Part shown: positions 1 to 10,373 of the stretch, piece after piece
Layout of the letters: every line of letters begins with the position of its first letter
Numbering within the stretch: the first letter of the stretch is position 1
Assembly: GCA_964234715.1 (NCBI GenBank)
Contig: OZ174286.1
Direction: 5' to 3' (one strand)
From: Podarcis melisellensis
Lineage: Eukaryota
DNA: 64,000 bases
Translations under genes and position numbers: made by a program
The notes under the pieces: model-generated
Databases searched by the model: none
Told to the model about the DNA's origin: nothing
What the model saw: only the letters and a program-made list of their open reading frames with translations

Positions 1-66
1 TTTATCCTGAAAACCAGCCTGGGCAAGGTAGCTCTGTCTGATTTCAGCCAGTTACTCTCTCCTGCT

Positions 67-170
67 TAGGGTTGCCATACATCCAGAATTCCCCGGACAT
101 ATCTGGAACATTGCTGTCTCTAGCAGCAGAAATTGGTAAAATGTTCAGTGTTTGAAATATGGTAACCCTG
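67..170. mobile_element. Short hAT-type MITE
   Basis: TIRs tagggttgccata / tatggtaaccctg; 8-bp flanks ctcctgct / ctgctgct (7/8). Confidence 0.7.
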
Positions 171-379
171 CTGCTGCTGCCATTCCCTGTATCTTCCTTG
201 GTGCAGTTGTGGATGACTCCTTGACCCCATGAGCAGACTAGGGACAATGTTCAGGGGGTTGCTGTGGGGAGGTCTTTAGGCAAATGATTGTCTGGATACA
301 ACCCAAAGTTTTAAAAGAAAACATATCCATTAATTGTACAAATAAAGTACGACTAATGAACAGTTTTTTTACCGTACAT

Positions 380-540
380 GGGACATGGGTGGCTCTGTGG
401 GTTAAACCACAGAGCCTAGGACTTGCCAATCAGAAGGTGGGCGGTTCGAATCCCTGTGACGGGGTGAGCTCCCGTTGCTCAGTCCCTGCTCCTGCCAACC
501 TAGCAGTTCAAAAGCACATCAAAGTGCAAGTAGATAAATA
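380..540 (+). mobile_element. Sauria (Squam1) SINE, 5' half only
   Basis: gggacatgggtggctctgtgggttaaaccacagagcctagg...gtgcaagtagataaata matches the full-length copies in this window and stops abruptly at a MITE. Confidence 0.9.
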
Positions 541-803
541 GTGGAACCTCTACTCATGACCACAATCCATTCCGGAGGCCTGTCCTTATGAAACGGGTCG
601 CTGGGAGAGGCGCCATTGTGCAGTGATTGCCTGCTTCTGCACATGCGCGAACGGCGATCACTGCTTCTGCGCAGGTGCAAATGGTGATCACCGCTCCTGC
701 ACATGCATGAATGGTGGCAAACCCGCCAATTACTTTCAGGTTTGCTGTGGTCACAACTTGGAATGTCCGCGAATGGAGACTCTTGAAAGTAGAAGTTCTA
801 TTG
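539..803. mobile_element. Tc1/mariner (Tigger-like) MITE with internal ~30-bp tandem repeats
   Basis: Ends (t)agtggaacctctact ... agtagaagttctattg followed by TA; three ~30-bp units resembling ctgcttctgcgcatgcgcgaatggtgatca. Confidence 0.7.
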
Positions 804-1606
804 TATCTAGAAACAGGATTGTGCTGTGGATGACAAGCTACCTAAGTTTGCTGCTTTGCTATTTAGCCAAATACTCTTGTGTGAAATTCGATCACTTTGG
901 GATGGAGCTTCTGGGCTTCATCACACATGCCATAGTGTGTGTGTGTATGCTTAGCAATATGACCTTTGCATTCTGCTTCAGTTTTCTGACATGCCGTATC
1001 ACACTTTGAGCTCCATTTGCCTCTTTGACCTATATAGTACTGAAACATAGGCCACACTGTGTTTTGATGCCCAAGCCTGTTAATGACATTTTGTAAACAC
1101 ATTCATTGGCTGAGAAAGTCTCGTGTATTTCTGGAAGCTTCTGTAAGTTCATCCCAGTCTGAGAAATCTACGGAGACATGTCAAATTCACTAGAACATTA
1201 TCAGCCTAAGGAAAGATAGGCTACAAATTAGATTTGACTTAACAGGACAGTTTGACAAGGACATACCTTTTAATGTCTCTGAAGAGAGTTTATACTCCTC
1301 AAACAGTGATTTTACATTTATTACATAGCTTCTGAGAATTTTCCTCTGTGTGTATGTGTGTTTCTTGCCAGATTGATCTGAGTAAATGTAACCATCCATT
1401 TTAATTTCCAGTGATAAATCCAAAATATACCATAATATATAGGACTGTTCCACTCTGATATTATGCATGCTCCAATGATAAATTAAAGAAAAATGCTGCA
1501 GTTTACACTTAGCAAAGTTTCTTCATTTTCTAAAATGAAGTAAATGTGATCCAATGCAATCTGTGTCCTTCGATGTCTGAACTGCCTGTTTGTGTGGTAA
1601 AACTGT

Positions 1607-1885
1607 TAATAATAATAATAATAATTAATAAATATAATTTATTATTTATACCCTGCCCATCTGGCTGGGTTTCCCCAGCCACTCTGCATGGCTTCCAACA
1701 AAATATTTAAATTACCATAAAACATCAAACATTAAAAACTTCCCTAAACAGGGCTGCCTTCAGATGCCTCCTTGACATCTGATGGGAGGCTGTTCCACAG
1801 GGTGGGCACCACTACCGAGAAGGCCCTGGTTCCCTGTAACTTCACTTCTCGCAGTGAGGGAACCGCCAGAAGGCACTCAGAGCTT
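1607..1885 (-). mobile_element. 3' end of an L2-clade LINE
   Basis: Minus-strand peptide LLAVPSLREVKLQGTRAFSVVVPTLWNSLPSDVK resembles the L2 ORF2 C-terminus. The 3' UTR and TAA-type tail are shared with 5750-5850, 18085-18210 and 50450-50570. Confidence 0.75.
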
Positions 1886-4056
1886 GTGAATTCAGTACAT
1901 AGCAATAACGGCATATGGTCATCAGCCCACCACAAAGCATGAAATGCCACTTCCTGGCAGATGCCGATATTCCATTTAGACTGCATGTCATCGTGCTACC
2001 TTGCTAGTCTCATATAAGAGATGGAAGGTGGAAGTGAAAACCTTAGAGCCAAACTTGGCATGGCATGAAACACATTCCTGCTGTTGGATTTTTTTTTTTT
2101 AAAAAAAACCATTTAATAAATAGTAGCCATGTAGCTGATTTATTCCAGGATTGGTAACACGTGTGAAGGGAAGATTTAACCTGCTCTCCTGCAATCCCAG
2201 TTAGAACTGCCTTGTGACAGTTGCTGGTAGCTCTGGGAGACAAGCTCTCAGTGTCACCAACGGAAGCTTCCGCTGCTCCAAGGGCAGATTGCAGCTGCAG
2301 AAGGGTGTTTCATTTGGACCTCTGCAGAGGCAGAAAGGGTTTAAAAACCTTTCCCACTTTTACAACCCTGGTGAAACCCCCCCCCCCCCAATGCCTGCAA
2401 CTTGGGTGTGGCGGGTATATGATGCAACAAGTAACCATCACGTTTAATTTGGTTGTTGATGACCTGCCATAATAGGGGTGACTGTGGTTGGGTGCAACTG
2501 TCATGTATTGTACCAAAAGCGGAGATGGATTTAAGGCAGTGTGACCAGTTCTGCCACACTAGGTGCTGAGCCCAGGAGGGCATTGCAACTGTGTTGTAGT
2601 GAATTGAGCAGAATGGGAGGTGAGGGGGTTGCTAAATGTTGGGCTTGCATGGGGTGCTACTGAAATTTGAAAAACCAAAGTGAACCCCTAAAAGTTGTTT
2701 TTCTAACTTCCTACTTATGTTGGGATGCTGTTTGCTCTTCAGGGTTCTGCTACTACTTTATTTTAAATTAAATACCCTTCAGATTTTAGGAGTGAAGGGT
2801 GACCTAAAATATCTTCAATAAAGACCTTGAAATATCTTATAGGTAGAAAGAAATCCTGTCCACATGAGATTTGCCCCTCATAAGATTTCTCATCCCTTTT
2901 GCTAGAACTAGCTAAACCTTGACCCAAATAAGTTGCTGGGTAGATCCTATTACCAGGCCTGCTTATTTAGCAGGGTAATCCCTGGGATCATTTTTTTATT
3001 TATCAAACTTTATTTGTGATTGGTGAACATTCTGACAAAGTTTCTAGGTACAACTATGTGATGATTTTGGGGACAAACTAAATAAAATAAATGAAGGCCT
3101 TCTTTTTTAAAAAGGTTTTTGCTTTGGCAAGCCTATTCAAGCATGTAATTTTATGACATGCTTTTGTTTTTAAATTTCTGGTTTTGTGTATATTTTGAGG
3201 GGGGGACACCCAATGTCACATCAACTTGTTTTTAATGTTTGGTTTTATCGCTACTTAAAAATGAATATTTTATATTGTTCTTCATAAACCGGTTCTTCTG
3301 CCCAGTAAGTGGTCTATAAAGTTTGTTAAATAAAAACAAACTGTCTGGAGAGGGGAATAATTTCCCTCCATTTTCCATGTATGGCATCTAGCAGGGTTGG
3401 AGCATAGAGAGAATTATAGATATCACAGTACTGCAAATAATTACTGGAAGTAGAAAGAGGATTTTTTGTTTTACACAAAGTACTCTGCGCTGTGACTACT
3501 ATGCAGAGTCACTGTTATTGTTTTGGTGAATGTGATAATAGAGGGGGCAGGCATTTGGGCTAGAGGATCAGACCTACAGAGGAGGTGGCAACCACTGTTT
3601 TCACCCTTGATTCCGAAATTAATCAATATTATGTGGGGGAAAACAATAGGCTAGCAAAATGTTTCTCTGGGGATAGTGCAAGCCAAGAGATTTCTTGCAC
3701 AGCAGCAACTGAGGTAACTTTCAATGATCTTGCCATCTGATTGCATTAAGTAGAGCTTTATGAAGCATTATATAAAAACAGCATGCTAATTAGCAATCTG
3801 GTTAGCGGAACATTTGTAGGTGCTATGCGCTTAATTGTGTAGTGTATGCGTACCCCCAAGTCATATTTAGAAAGAAATGTTAACAACTCAGCCATTTAAG
3901 CTGAAAACTGTAGACTGCTGTGAAAGCCCTGGAGAAGTTTCAGGTTCATGGGTTCAGTAAGAGTTTATCTAGTGGAAAGGAATGAACATTTTACTGATTC
4001 TACTTCTGAATGCATTTATCTATATGTACGCCACACAATTTTGTTTCCTAACTTTC

Positions 4057-4190
4057 NNNNNNNNNNNNNNNNNNNNNNNNNNNNNNNNNNNNNNNNNNNN
4101 NNNNNNNNNNNNNNNNNNNNNNNNNNNNNNNNNNNNNNNNNNNNNNNNNNNNNNNNNNNNNNNNNNNNNNNNNNNNNNNNNNNNNNNNNN
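4057..4190. other. Assembly gap (134 N)
   Basis: Run of n characters. Confidence 1.
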
Positions 4191-4469
4191 AGGGGGTGGA
4201 TTCATTTGCCAAGTACATTTTCAAGATGTTTTAACTCTCCAATGGTTTGACTTCGCCCCTGACGGCACACTTTTCAATTGTCTCCCGAGACAAGCGATGC
4301 CAATTTAATAGCTTACATTACATTATAGCTGCAAAATCAGATAGCATAAAATGCAAATATTTTCCTAATTACAACAGTTAAAGTATCAATGAAACCCATT
4401 TAAATGTATTTTCAGTTGTTGCTTCCTGATATAAATATTTTCACTAGAGAGAATATACCCTTGTTTCTA

Positions 4470-4900
4470 CTCCTTAATTTCCCAGTGGCTTTTGATACAA
4501 TTGGACATGATATCTTATTGGGCCATATATGTAGACCTCAAATTGGAGGCACCATGTTGCAGTGGTTTTGATCCTATCTCCAGGGCAGGTTTCAGAGACT
4601 GGTATTGTGAGGTTGCTGTTCAGTGGCTAGGCAGTGGAGTCCCACAGGATTCCATCTTGTTCCCAGTGCCGTTTAATGTCTGTATGAAGCTGCTGGGGTA
4701 GGTAATTTGGAATGAGATGTCATCAATATCCAGAATGACACCCAGCACTACTTCTCTGAATTACGGGGCTGCACAGTCTGCAGACCAGAACATGGATGCA
4801 GTGATGGGCTCAATAAGGGCCAATAACCCGAAGCTGCATCCCAACACGACAAATCCTTTGAGTTGGTGCTTCCCAGGTAGTCAGGATGGACACTTTTTTG
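4470..4900 (+). mobile_element. Highly decayed L2/CR1-type reverse transcriptase fragment
   Basis: GVPQDSILFPVPFNVCMKLLG aligns with AVPQGSVLSPMLFNMYMKPLG of the better-preserved copy near 49730; many indels. Confidence 0.65.
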
Positions 4901-4978
4901 CCTGTTTTCAATGAACAGACATTTGCCTCTTTGCTTAGGCATTTCTACCACCAATTAGATTTTCCTACAGTAGATATT

Positions 4979-5359
4979 GGGACGCAGGTGGTGCTGTGGT
5001 CTAAACCACTGAGCCTCTTGGGCTTGCTGATGGAAGGTTGGCAGTTTGAATCCCCGTGACGGAGTGAGCTTCCTTTGCTCTGTCCCAGCTCCTGCCAATC
5101 TAGCAGTTTAAAAGCATGCCAGTTGAAGTAGATAAATAGGTACTGCTGTGGCGGGAAGGTAAATGGTGTTTCCATGCGCTCTGGTTTCCATTACGTGTTC
5201 CATTGCACCAGAAGCGATTTAGTCATGCTGGCCGCATGACTCAGAAAGCTGTCTGTGGACAAACGCCAGCTCTCTCGGCCTGCAAATGAGATGAGTGCCA
5301 CAACCCCATAGTCTCCTTTGACTGGACTTAACTATCCAGGGGTCCTTTACCTTTATCTT
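4979..5359 (+). mobile_element. Sauria SINE, full length (variant subfamily)
   Basis: tRNA-like head, ACCTTT-type tail; TSD tacagtagatatt / tacagtaaatatt (12/13). Confidence 0.92.
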
Positions 5360-5526
5360 TACAGTAAATATTCTCAGAGAGGAAAGAGCTACATGTGCAC
5401 ACTTTGTGCAACATCAAAGCCCTGCTCTGTCTCAACTTCTCCCTGCTGGGCAACTGGTGAGTGAGAGGAGATCCCAAAGAGCCAGATGAAATCAGCCACT
5501 ATCTTAAGGTTACCAGACATTTTAAT

Positions 5527-5749
5527 TACAGATAGGTAGCCGTGTTGGTCTGCCATAGTCAAAACAACAACAAAAAAATTCCTTCCAGTAACACCTTAAA
5601 GACCAACTAAGTTAGTTCTTGGTATGAGCTTTCGTGTGCATGCACACTGAAGAAGTATCTGAAGAAGTGTGCATGCACACGAAAGCTCATACCAAGAACT
5701 AACTTAGTTGGTCTTTAAGGTGCTACTGGAAGGATTTTTTTTTTTTGTT
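5527..5749. mobile_element. Penelope-like element terminal-repeat remnant in inverted-repeat configuration
   Basis: ~70-bp inverted arms (about 5573-5648 and 5666-5740); 13-bp direct repeat cagacattttaat at 5514-5526 and 5750-5762; same family as 22035-22166. Confidence 0.8.
5655..5692 (+). ncRNA. Minimal type I hammerhead ribozyme motif (Penelope-type)
   Basis: GTAT-CTGAAGA-A-GTGTGC-AT-GCACAC-GAAA-GC-TC-ATAC: helix I gtat/atac, CUGANGA core, helix II, GAAA, palindromic AGCT helix III, UC cleavage site. Confidence 0.8.
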
Positions 5750-6381
5750 CAGACATTTTAATGTAATTTTAATCTTTGTTGGAAGCCGCCCAAAGTGGCT
5801 GGGGAAACGCAGTCAGATGAGTGGGGTATAAATAATAATAATAATAAAAAGGACGTCCCTGTTTACTGGGGACAGTCCCTGGATTTACACATCAGTCCCC
5901 ATACAAAATCTATTGAAGTTGTAAAGTGTCCCTGGATTCATTGAAAAAAATCTGGTAACCTTACACTATCTGGGTTGTTACCTACCCCACCCCTGCCTTA
6001 GAACCAAATTCCATGTGATGCGCAGGAATTTCATGCAAGGTTTGAGGAAGCATGTTTAACCATTCTGTGGTTACCTTGCCAATAGAAATCCCCCATCCCT
6101 TCCATGGCTGCTACTCCAAGCCTACTATTTGTTTACCATAATACACTATTTAAACCAGTTAAAACAATTCACATCTGCAAGATACAGTGGTTCCAATATA
6201 TATCACGGGATTAGTCTTACTGAAGTGATGTCACAGAATATAGAATCGTAGCTGAGGCCAAAGAAGTTTGTCCCTTCTGTGGATTTAATAGTAGAAAATG
6301 AAGAAGATAGAACAGGTTGCTTAAGGGAAGGTTTAAGAGATTCCTTTACATTAGAAGGGGCTTAGCATATTTGATGAAATA

Positions 6382-6623
6382 CAGTGGTACCTCAGGTTAC
6401 ATACGCTTCAGGTTACATATGCTTCAGGTTACAGACTCCGCCAACCCAGAAATAGTACCTCGGGTTAAGAACTTTGTTTCAGGATGAGAACAGAAATCAT
6501 GCTCTGGTGGCATGGCGGCAGCAGGAGGCCCCATTAGCTAAAGTGGTGCTTCAGGTTAAGAACAGTTTCAGGTTAAGAACGAACCTCCGGAATGAATTAA
6601 GTACTTAACCTGAGGTACCACTG
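6382..6623 (+). mobile_element. Tc1/mariner-type MITE (226-bp family; this copy has a 16-bp internal duplication)
   Basis: TA-flanked TIRs cagtggtacctcaggtta / taacctgaggtaccactg. Strand is relative to the other copies. Confidence 0.9.
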
Positions 6624-7282
6624 TACTAAAAAGCTGGCGACCTCAGGCTGGGAAGAGGAAACACATTAGTAAATTCTTAGCTATGGGGTGTTGTAGAGGG
6701 GAAGAGTTAAAAGGGGACTTTTTATAGAAAGAGCCTAACAGGCTTGCATAGGAATGAGGCAATGCCTGGTCCTTTAATAAAAAAAGAGAGAAACTGATAA
6801 ATTGCTGAGTAACGGCTCATTTAGTCTCTCTCATACTGGAGTCCTTACTGGCTAGATACTTTATCATTGTATGCTTATTGCTTTGTTAGCAAGCAGACAA
6901 CACAAGAGTCCAACTGATACAAGTGATATATTTCAATAGACCAGGTTTGGTTGCTAGTGGTGTTGCTAAGTGGATTTTCAGCTGCACGGAGTATACTTCA
7001 AAGGAAGATGGCAGAAGAAGCTGGCATGGCTACAGTTGACTGCTTACTGGGATGGTATGGGGCAGGGCAGGGTGGCAGTGAGGCCAGCGCTGTGCAAGAG
7101 CACCAGCCGAAAGCACCAACCTCTCCTAGAAGATAGTATCCAAATGTGTTTCCCCAGTGTTTTCTGGAATCACACTGGACCAGAAACTTTATGGCTGACA
7201 AGTTGTAGTAAAATAAATTGAAGTACAATTTGAAGGCTACACCTGATTTTCTTTGTCAAAAGAGGTTGTGGGACTTAGGGTG

Positions 7283-7693
7283 TGTCAGGGAACTGCCATC
7301 GGAGAGTCAGGTGGTGGAAGGGCTCAAGGAGGCTAGGAGACCTTCGGATGCTGAGGAAGGAACCCCTAGGGGGAGAGAGAGAGTTCCTGCAGAAACTCAA
7401 TCGGAGGAAGGGCTCCAAGATGTTTCCAGTGAGAACAGCGGGGAGGGCTCAGGACCTCTGCTGGGGACGCCCACTCCACGGAGGAAACTGTCACGCAGAG
7501 AATCCAGAAGGAGAGTTTCCGTCAAGGAACTCTTATGTTGGCGTAAATTCCGGAAGCGCCCACTGACGGATTCTGCCAGCGATTGAGGTAGCCATGCACC
7601 CATGGCTCCGCGGACTGGGAAAGTTTAGGAACTGATGGTAAAGCTTGGAGGGCTTAAACGCTTACGCATGAGCAGCCCCCTTTTCCCATTACA
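7283..7693 (+). mobile_element. Solo LTR-like element containing an open 100-codon frame
   Basis: Starts TGTCAGGGAA, ends TTCCCATTACA; 5-bp TSD gggtg at 7278-7282 and 7694-7698; frame 7284-7586 is open; homologue at 45155-45590. Confidence 0.82.
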
Positions 7694-7991
7694 GGGTGTT
7701 TATGTATTTTTATTTTATTTTATTTATTAAATTTGTTTACCATCTCAGGGTGGTTCACAGCATAAAATCGGCTTTAAAATATTTTTTTATAGCAGCAGAG
7801 TGACATTGCAACAATGGCTTTTTGCTGTAGTGTTTATTCAGCTGTGGATTGGGAATCAGAAACCTGCAGCCCTCCACAAGCTGTTGGAGTACACCTTTCA
7901 CCATCCCAGACTATGCTGTCTGGGGCTGTTGGACGTCAAACAACATCTCTAGGGCCACATGATCCCCTTTCCTCTTGCAGACGGATAATAT

Positions 7992-8431
7992 TGTCAGGAG
8001 CTCATCCTACTCTCAGGTAGGACCCTGGCAGAGACACATGCCTGACTGGCATGTTCTCTTCCTCCTGGTCGTTCGTTCGTGAGCTTCAAAAGCTTTCTTC
8101 TGCCCGAACATCACAGTGACTGATGCCAACAGACATCGGCACACTTGGGGATCCACAGAGTCTTTGCAGCTTGCATAACAGACCTCAGCAACTCAGCATT
8201 TTGGCTAATCTACTTTATTTACATATAAACACACACGGAGCACTGCAACATGGCTCCCTCTCTCTCAGATAGCAAAGAGAAAAAGGACAAAGGACAATAG
8301 TCCCACTTCACGGAACACAGTAACACAAACATCCTGTCTCTGTCACTTCCCACTCTGTGGAGTCAAAACATACACCGTCATGTGATAGACAAAAATCCCA
8401 TGACTGCAATCATGGAGCAGGAGTTCTAACA
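7992..8431 (-). mobile_element. Solo LTR
   Basis: TGTCAGGAGCTC ... GAGTTCTAACA inverted termini; flanks aatat / tatat; AATAAA on the minus strand near 8214-8219. Confidence 0.7.
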
Positions 8432-10147
8432 TATATGTGGTGGGAGGGCAGTAGAAGAACAAAAAATATTTACGTCCAACCATGGTTGCAGCAAGCAATA
8501 AAACAAGCAACTATCAGATTTTGGCTTAGACACATTTATATGATTTCTGAGTTAACTGAAAGGAGGGAATCATATGACACTTCCCCTCAAGTAGGTGTAG
8601 TGTCCTTCAAAGTAGATGAGATTCTGCCAATATTTTCTGGTTCCAGGAAGGAATGGCTGTGACAAAATGCAGCGTGGTGACTTCAATTTACTCTAAATCA
8701 GCATTTCTTTTTTATAGGTGTATGTGGTAATAGAAAATCATTGCCAATAATTTTTTAACTTGGAAGCAAAAAGCCCCAACCTCTGTGAGCTGAGGATCAT
8801 TGGGCCAAGGCTATAATTTTTATAGAGCTGTTGCAGAGAATAGATATATTTTTTACCTCTGAATGTTCCTTTTAAGGGGAAAGGAAAGGTTTAGAGGTCA
8901 TAGTGAGTTGGCTGGAGACTTTTTGTCTTTTCGATTAGCAAAGACAGTCAAATCTTATTTGATTTTGCTGCATTCCTAGGCAAAATTGCAGGTGCATCTC
9001 TATAACGTCAGATTATATTCCAAAAAGTTGGGGAAATTTTTGCTATTGGATCATGTACTCAGAGCTGGCCATATTTTAAGAAAAAAGCATCTTGCTTTAC
9101 TTATGCTTGCTGTCTCTTATTACTTGTGGTTCTCCACAATTACCCAGGCAATTTAATAAAAGCTTACAGGATTATTTTAACAGGAAGTTAAGAAAAGGCT
9201 AGCAAAACAAAATGCTGTCATTTAAAACATTTCATTTAGCAATTCACTCAATGTGAATCAATCAAGATTAAAACTTTCAAGCATGTTTATTTTATTTTCA
9301 AAATAACTTTCACAGCAGATTTTGAATTTAGTACTTTGTTTCTGAACGACAACAACAACAAAAAGTTTGGAAAGTAAGATTAAAATTTAATAGAAGATAG
9401 CCCTTAAGTTTCTAGTGCTAGTTCAGATAGTTCTGCTTCTTGGGACTAGATGGAAATAAATCAGCTTTTCCTCTTATTTGCAAAGTTGTAGGGGGATATT
9501 GGGGAAGGTAAATGACAGATTAGTTTATGACTCCTTTCCATCTCCTTCTTTCTGTATCTCAGTCTATGTGTGAGGGGGCTGGGGAGAGGGAGAATCAGTC
9601 AAGACACCAAACCTTTTCAAAAAAGCTAATGGGTTAAAAAATAAACAAAATGAAGACTTAAATTTCCTGGCCTCGCCACAACCTCTGCTAGACCACCTCA
9701 TCTTTACGTATGCATGCCTATGCAGGGGATTGTATCTGGTTAATGTAGTTCCTGGAATATTGTGGGTGGGCTGAGGCATAGATGCTGGGGAAATGAGGCA
9801 AAAATGGCCTTGTTAATCTGACCTACTCTGGTCTACCACTGTAAAAAGGCTGATGTGGTTGTTGTTGGTTGGTGTGTTTGTTTCTCATTTTCTTACTCTT
9901 CCTGGAATTGGTTGGGGACAAACAGGACTAAATCCCTGTCCAATATACACTGGACCACCAAGTCAGTACCTCTTGCCTCAATTTCTGATAACTGACTACC
10001 TTTGGACCTAGGTAGAGCAGGTGGGCTTAGCCTCAGAGTTATATGCTTTGAATTCCTGAACATGAGGCTGCCTTTGAAGGCGGTTTCTAAAGTTGAGTTG
10101 GTACAGAATGCAACAACTAGAACACTTGGGGGAATACTCATTATGTA

Positions 10148-10373
10148 CAGTGGTACCTCAGGTTAAGTATTTAATTCGTTCCGGAGGTCCATTCTTAACC
10201 TGAAACTGTTCTTAACCTGAAGCACCACTTTAGCTAATGTGGCCTCCTGCTGCTGCCTCGCCGCTGGAGCACGATTTCTGTTCTCATCCTGAAGCAAAGT
10301 TCTTAACCCAAGGTACTATTTCTGGGTTAGCGGAATCTGTAACCTGAAGCGTATGTAACCCGAGGTACCACTG
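10148..10373 (-). mobile_element. Tc1/mariner-type MITE (226-bp family)
   Basis: TA-flanked CAGTGGTACC...GGTACCACTG; internal sequence is the reverse complement of the 6382 copy. Confidence 0.9.

Larger units (their letters stand above)
5505..5963. mobile_element. hAT-type MITE hosting nested insertions
   Basis: TIRs taaggttaccaga / tctggtaacctta; perfect 8-bp TSD cactatct at 5497-5504 and 5964-5971. Confidence 0.88.

Noticed and set aside
284-541. Recurrent similar ORFs (MASMTKPLLANQ..., ...VGGSNPRDGVSSRCSVPAPANLAV...) at several loci
   Set aside because: Translations of Sauria SINE copies; the similarity is at DNA level only.
623-720. Cys/His-rich repeats (CFCTCANGDH x3) resembling a metal-binding protein, or a CRISPR-like array
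   Set aside because: 30-bp tandem repeat inside a MITE, with no unique spacers and no splice context; eukaryotic DNA.
3948-4308. ORFs spanning 3948-4308
   Set aside because: Artefacts of the N gap.
7282-7566. Overlapping 94-aa ORF (MSGNCHRR...) in the coding LTR
   Set aside because: The equivalent frame hits TGA after a few codons in the 45590 copy; conservation is in the other frame.
7668-7693. Joining the right end of the 7283 element to its left end (circle or tandem junction) gives an in-frame start: ATG AGC AGC CCC CTT TTC CCA TTA CA|T GTC AGG.
   Set aside because: The homologue has ACG at this position and an in-frame TAA, so the ATG is probably CpG decay and the frame match has a 1-in-3 chance. 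Revisit only if the family consensus retains it.
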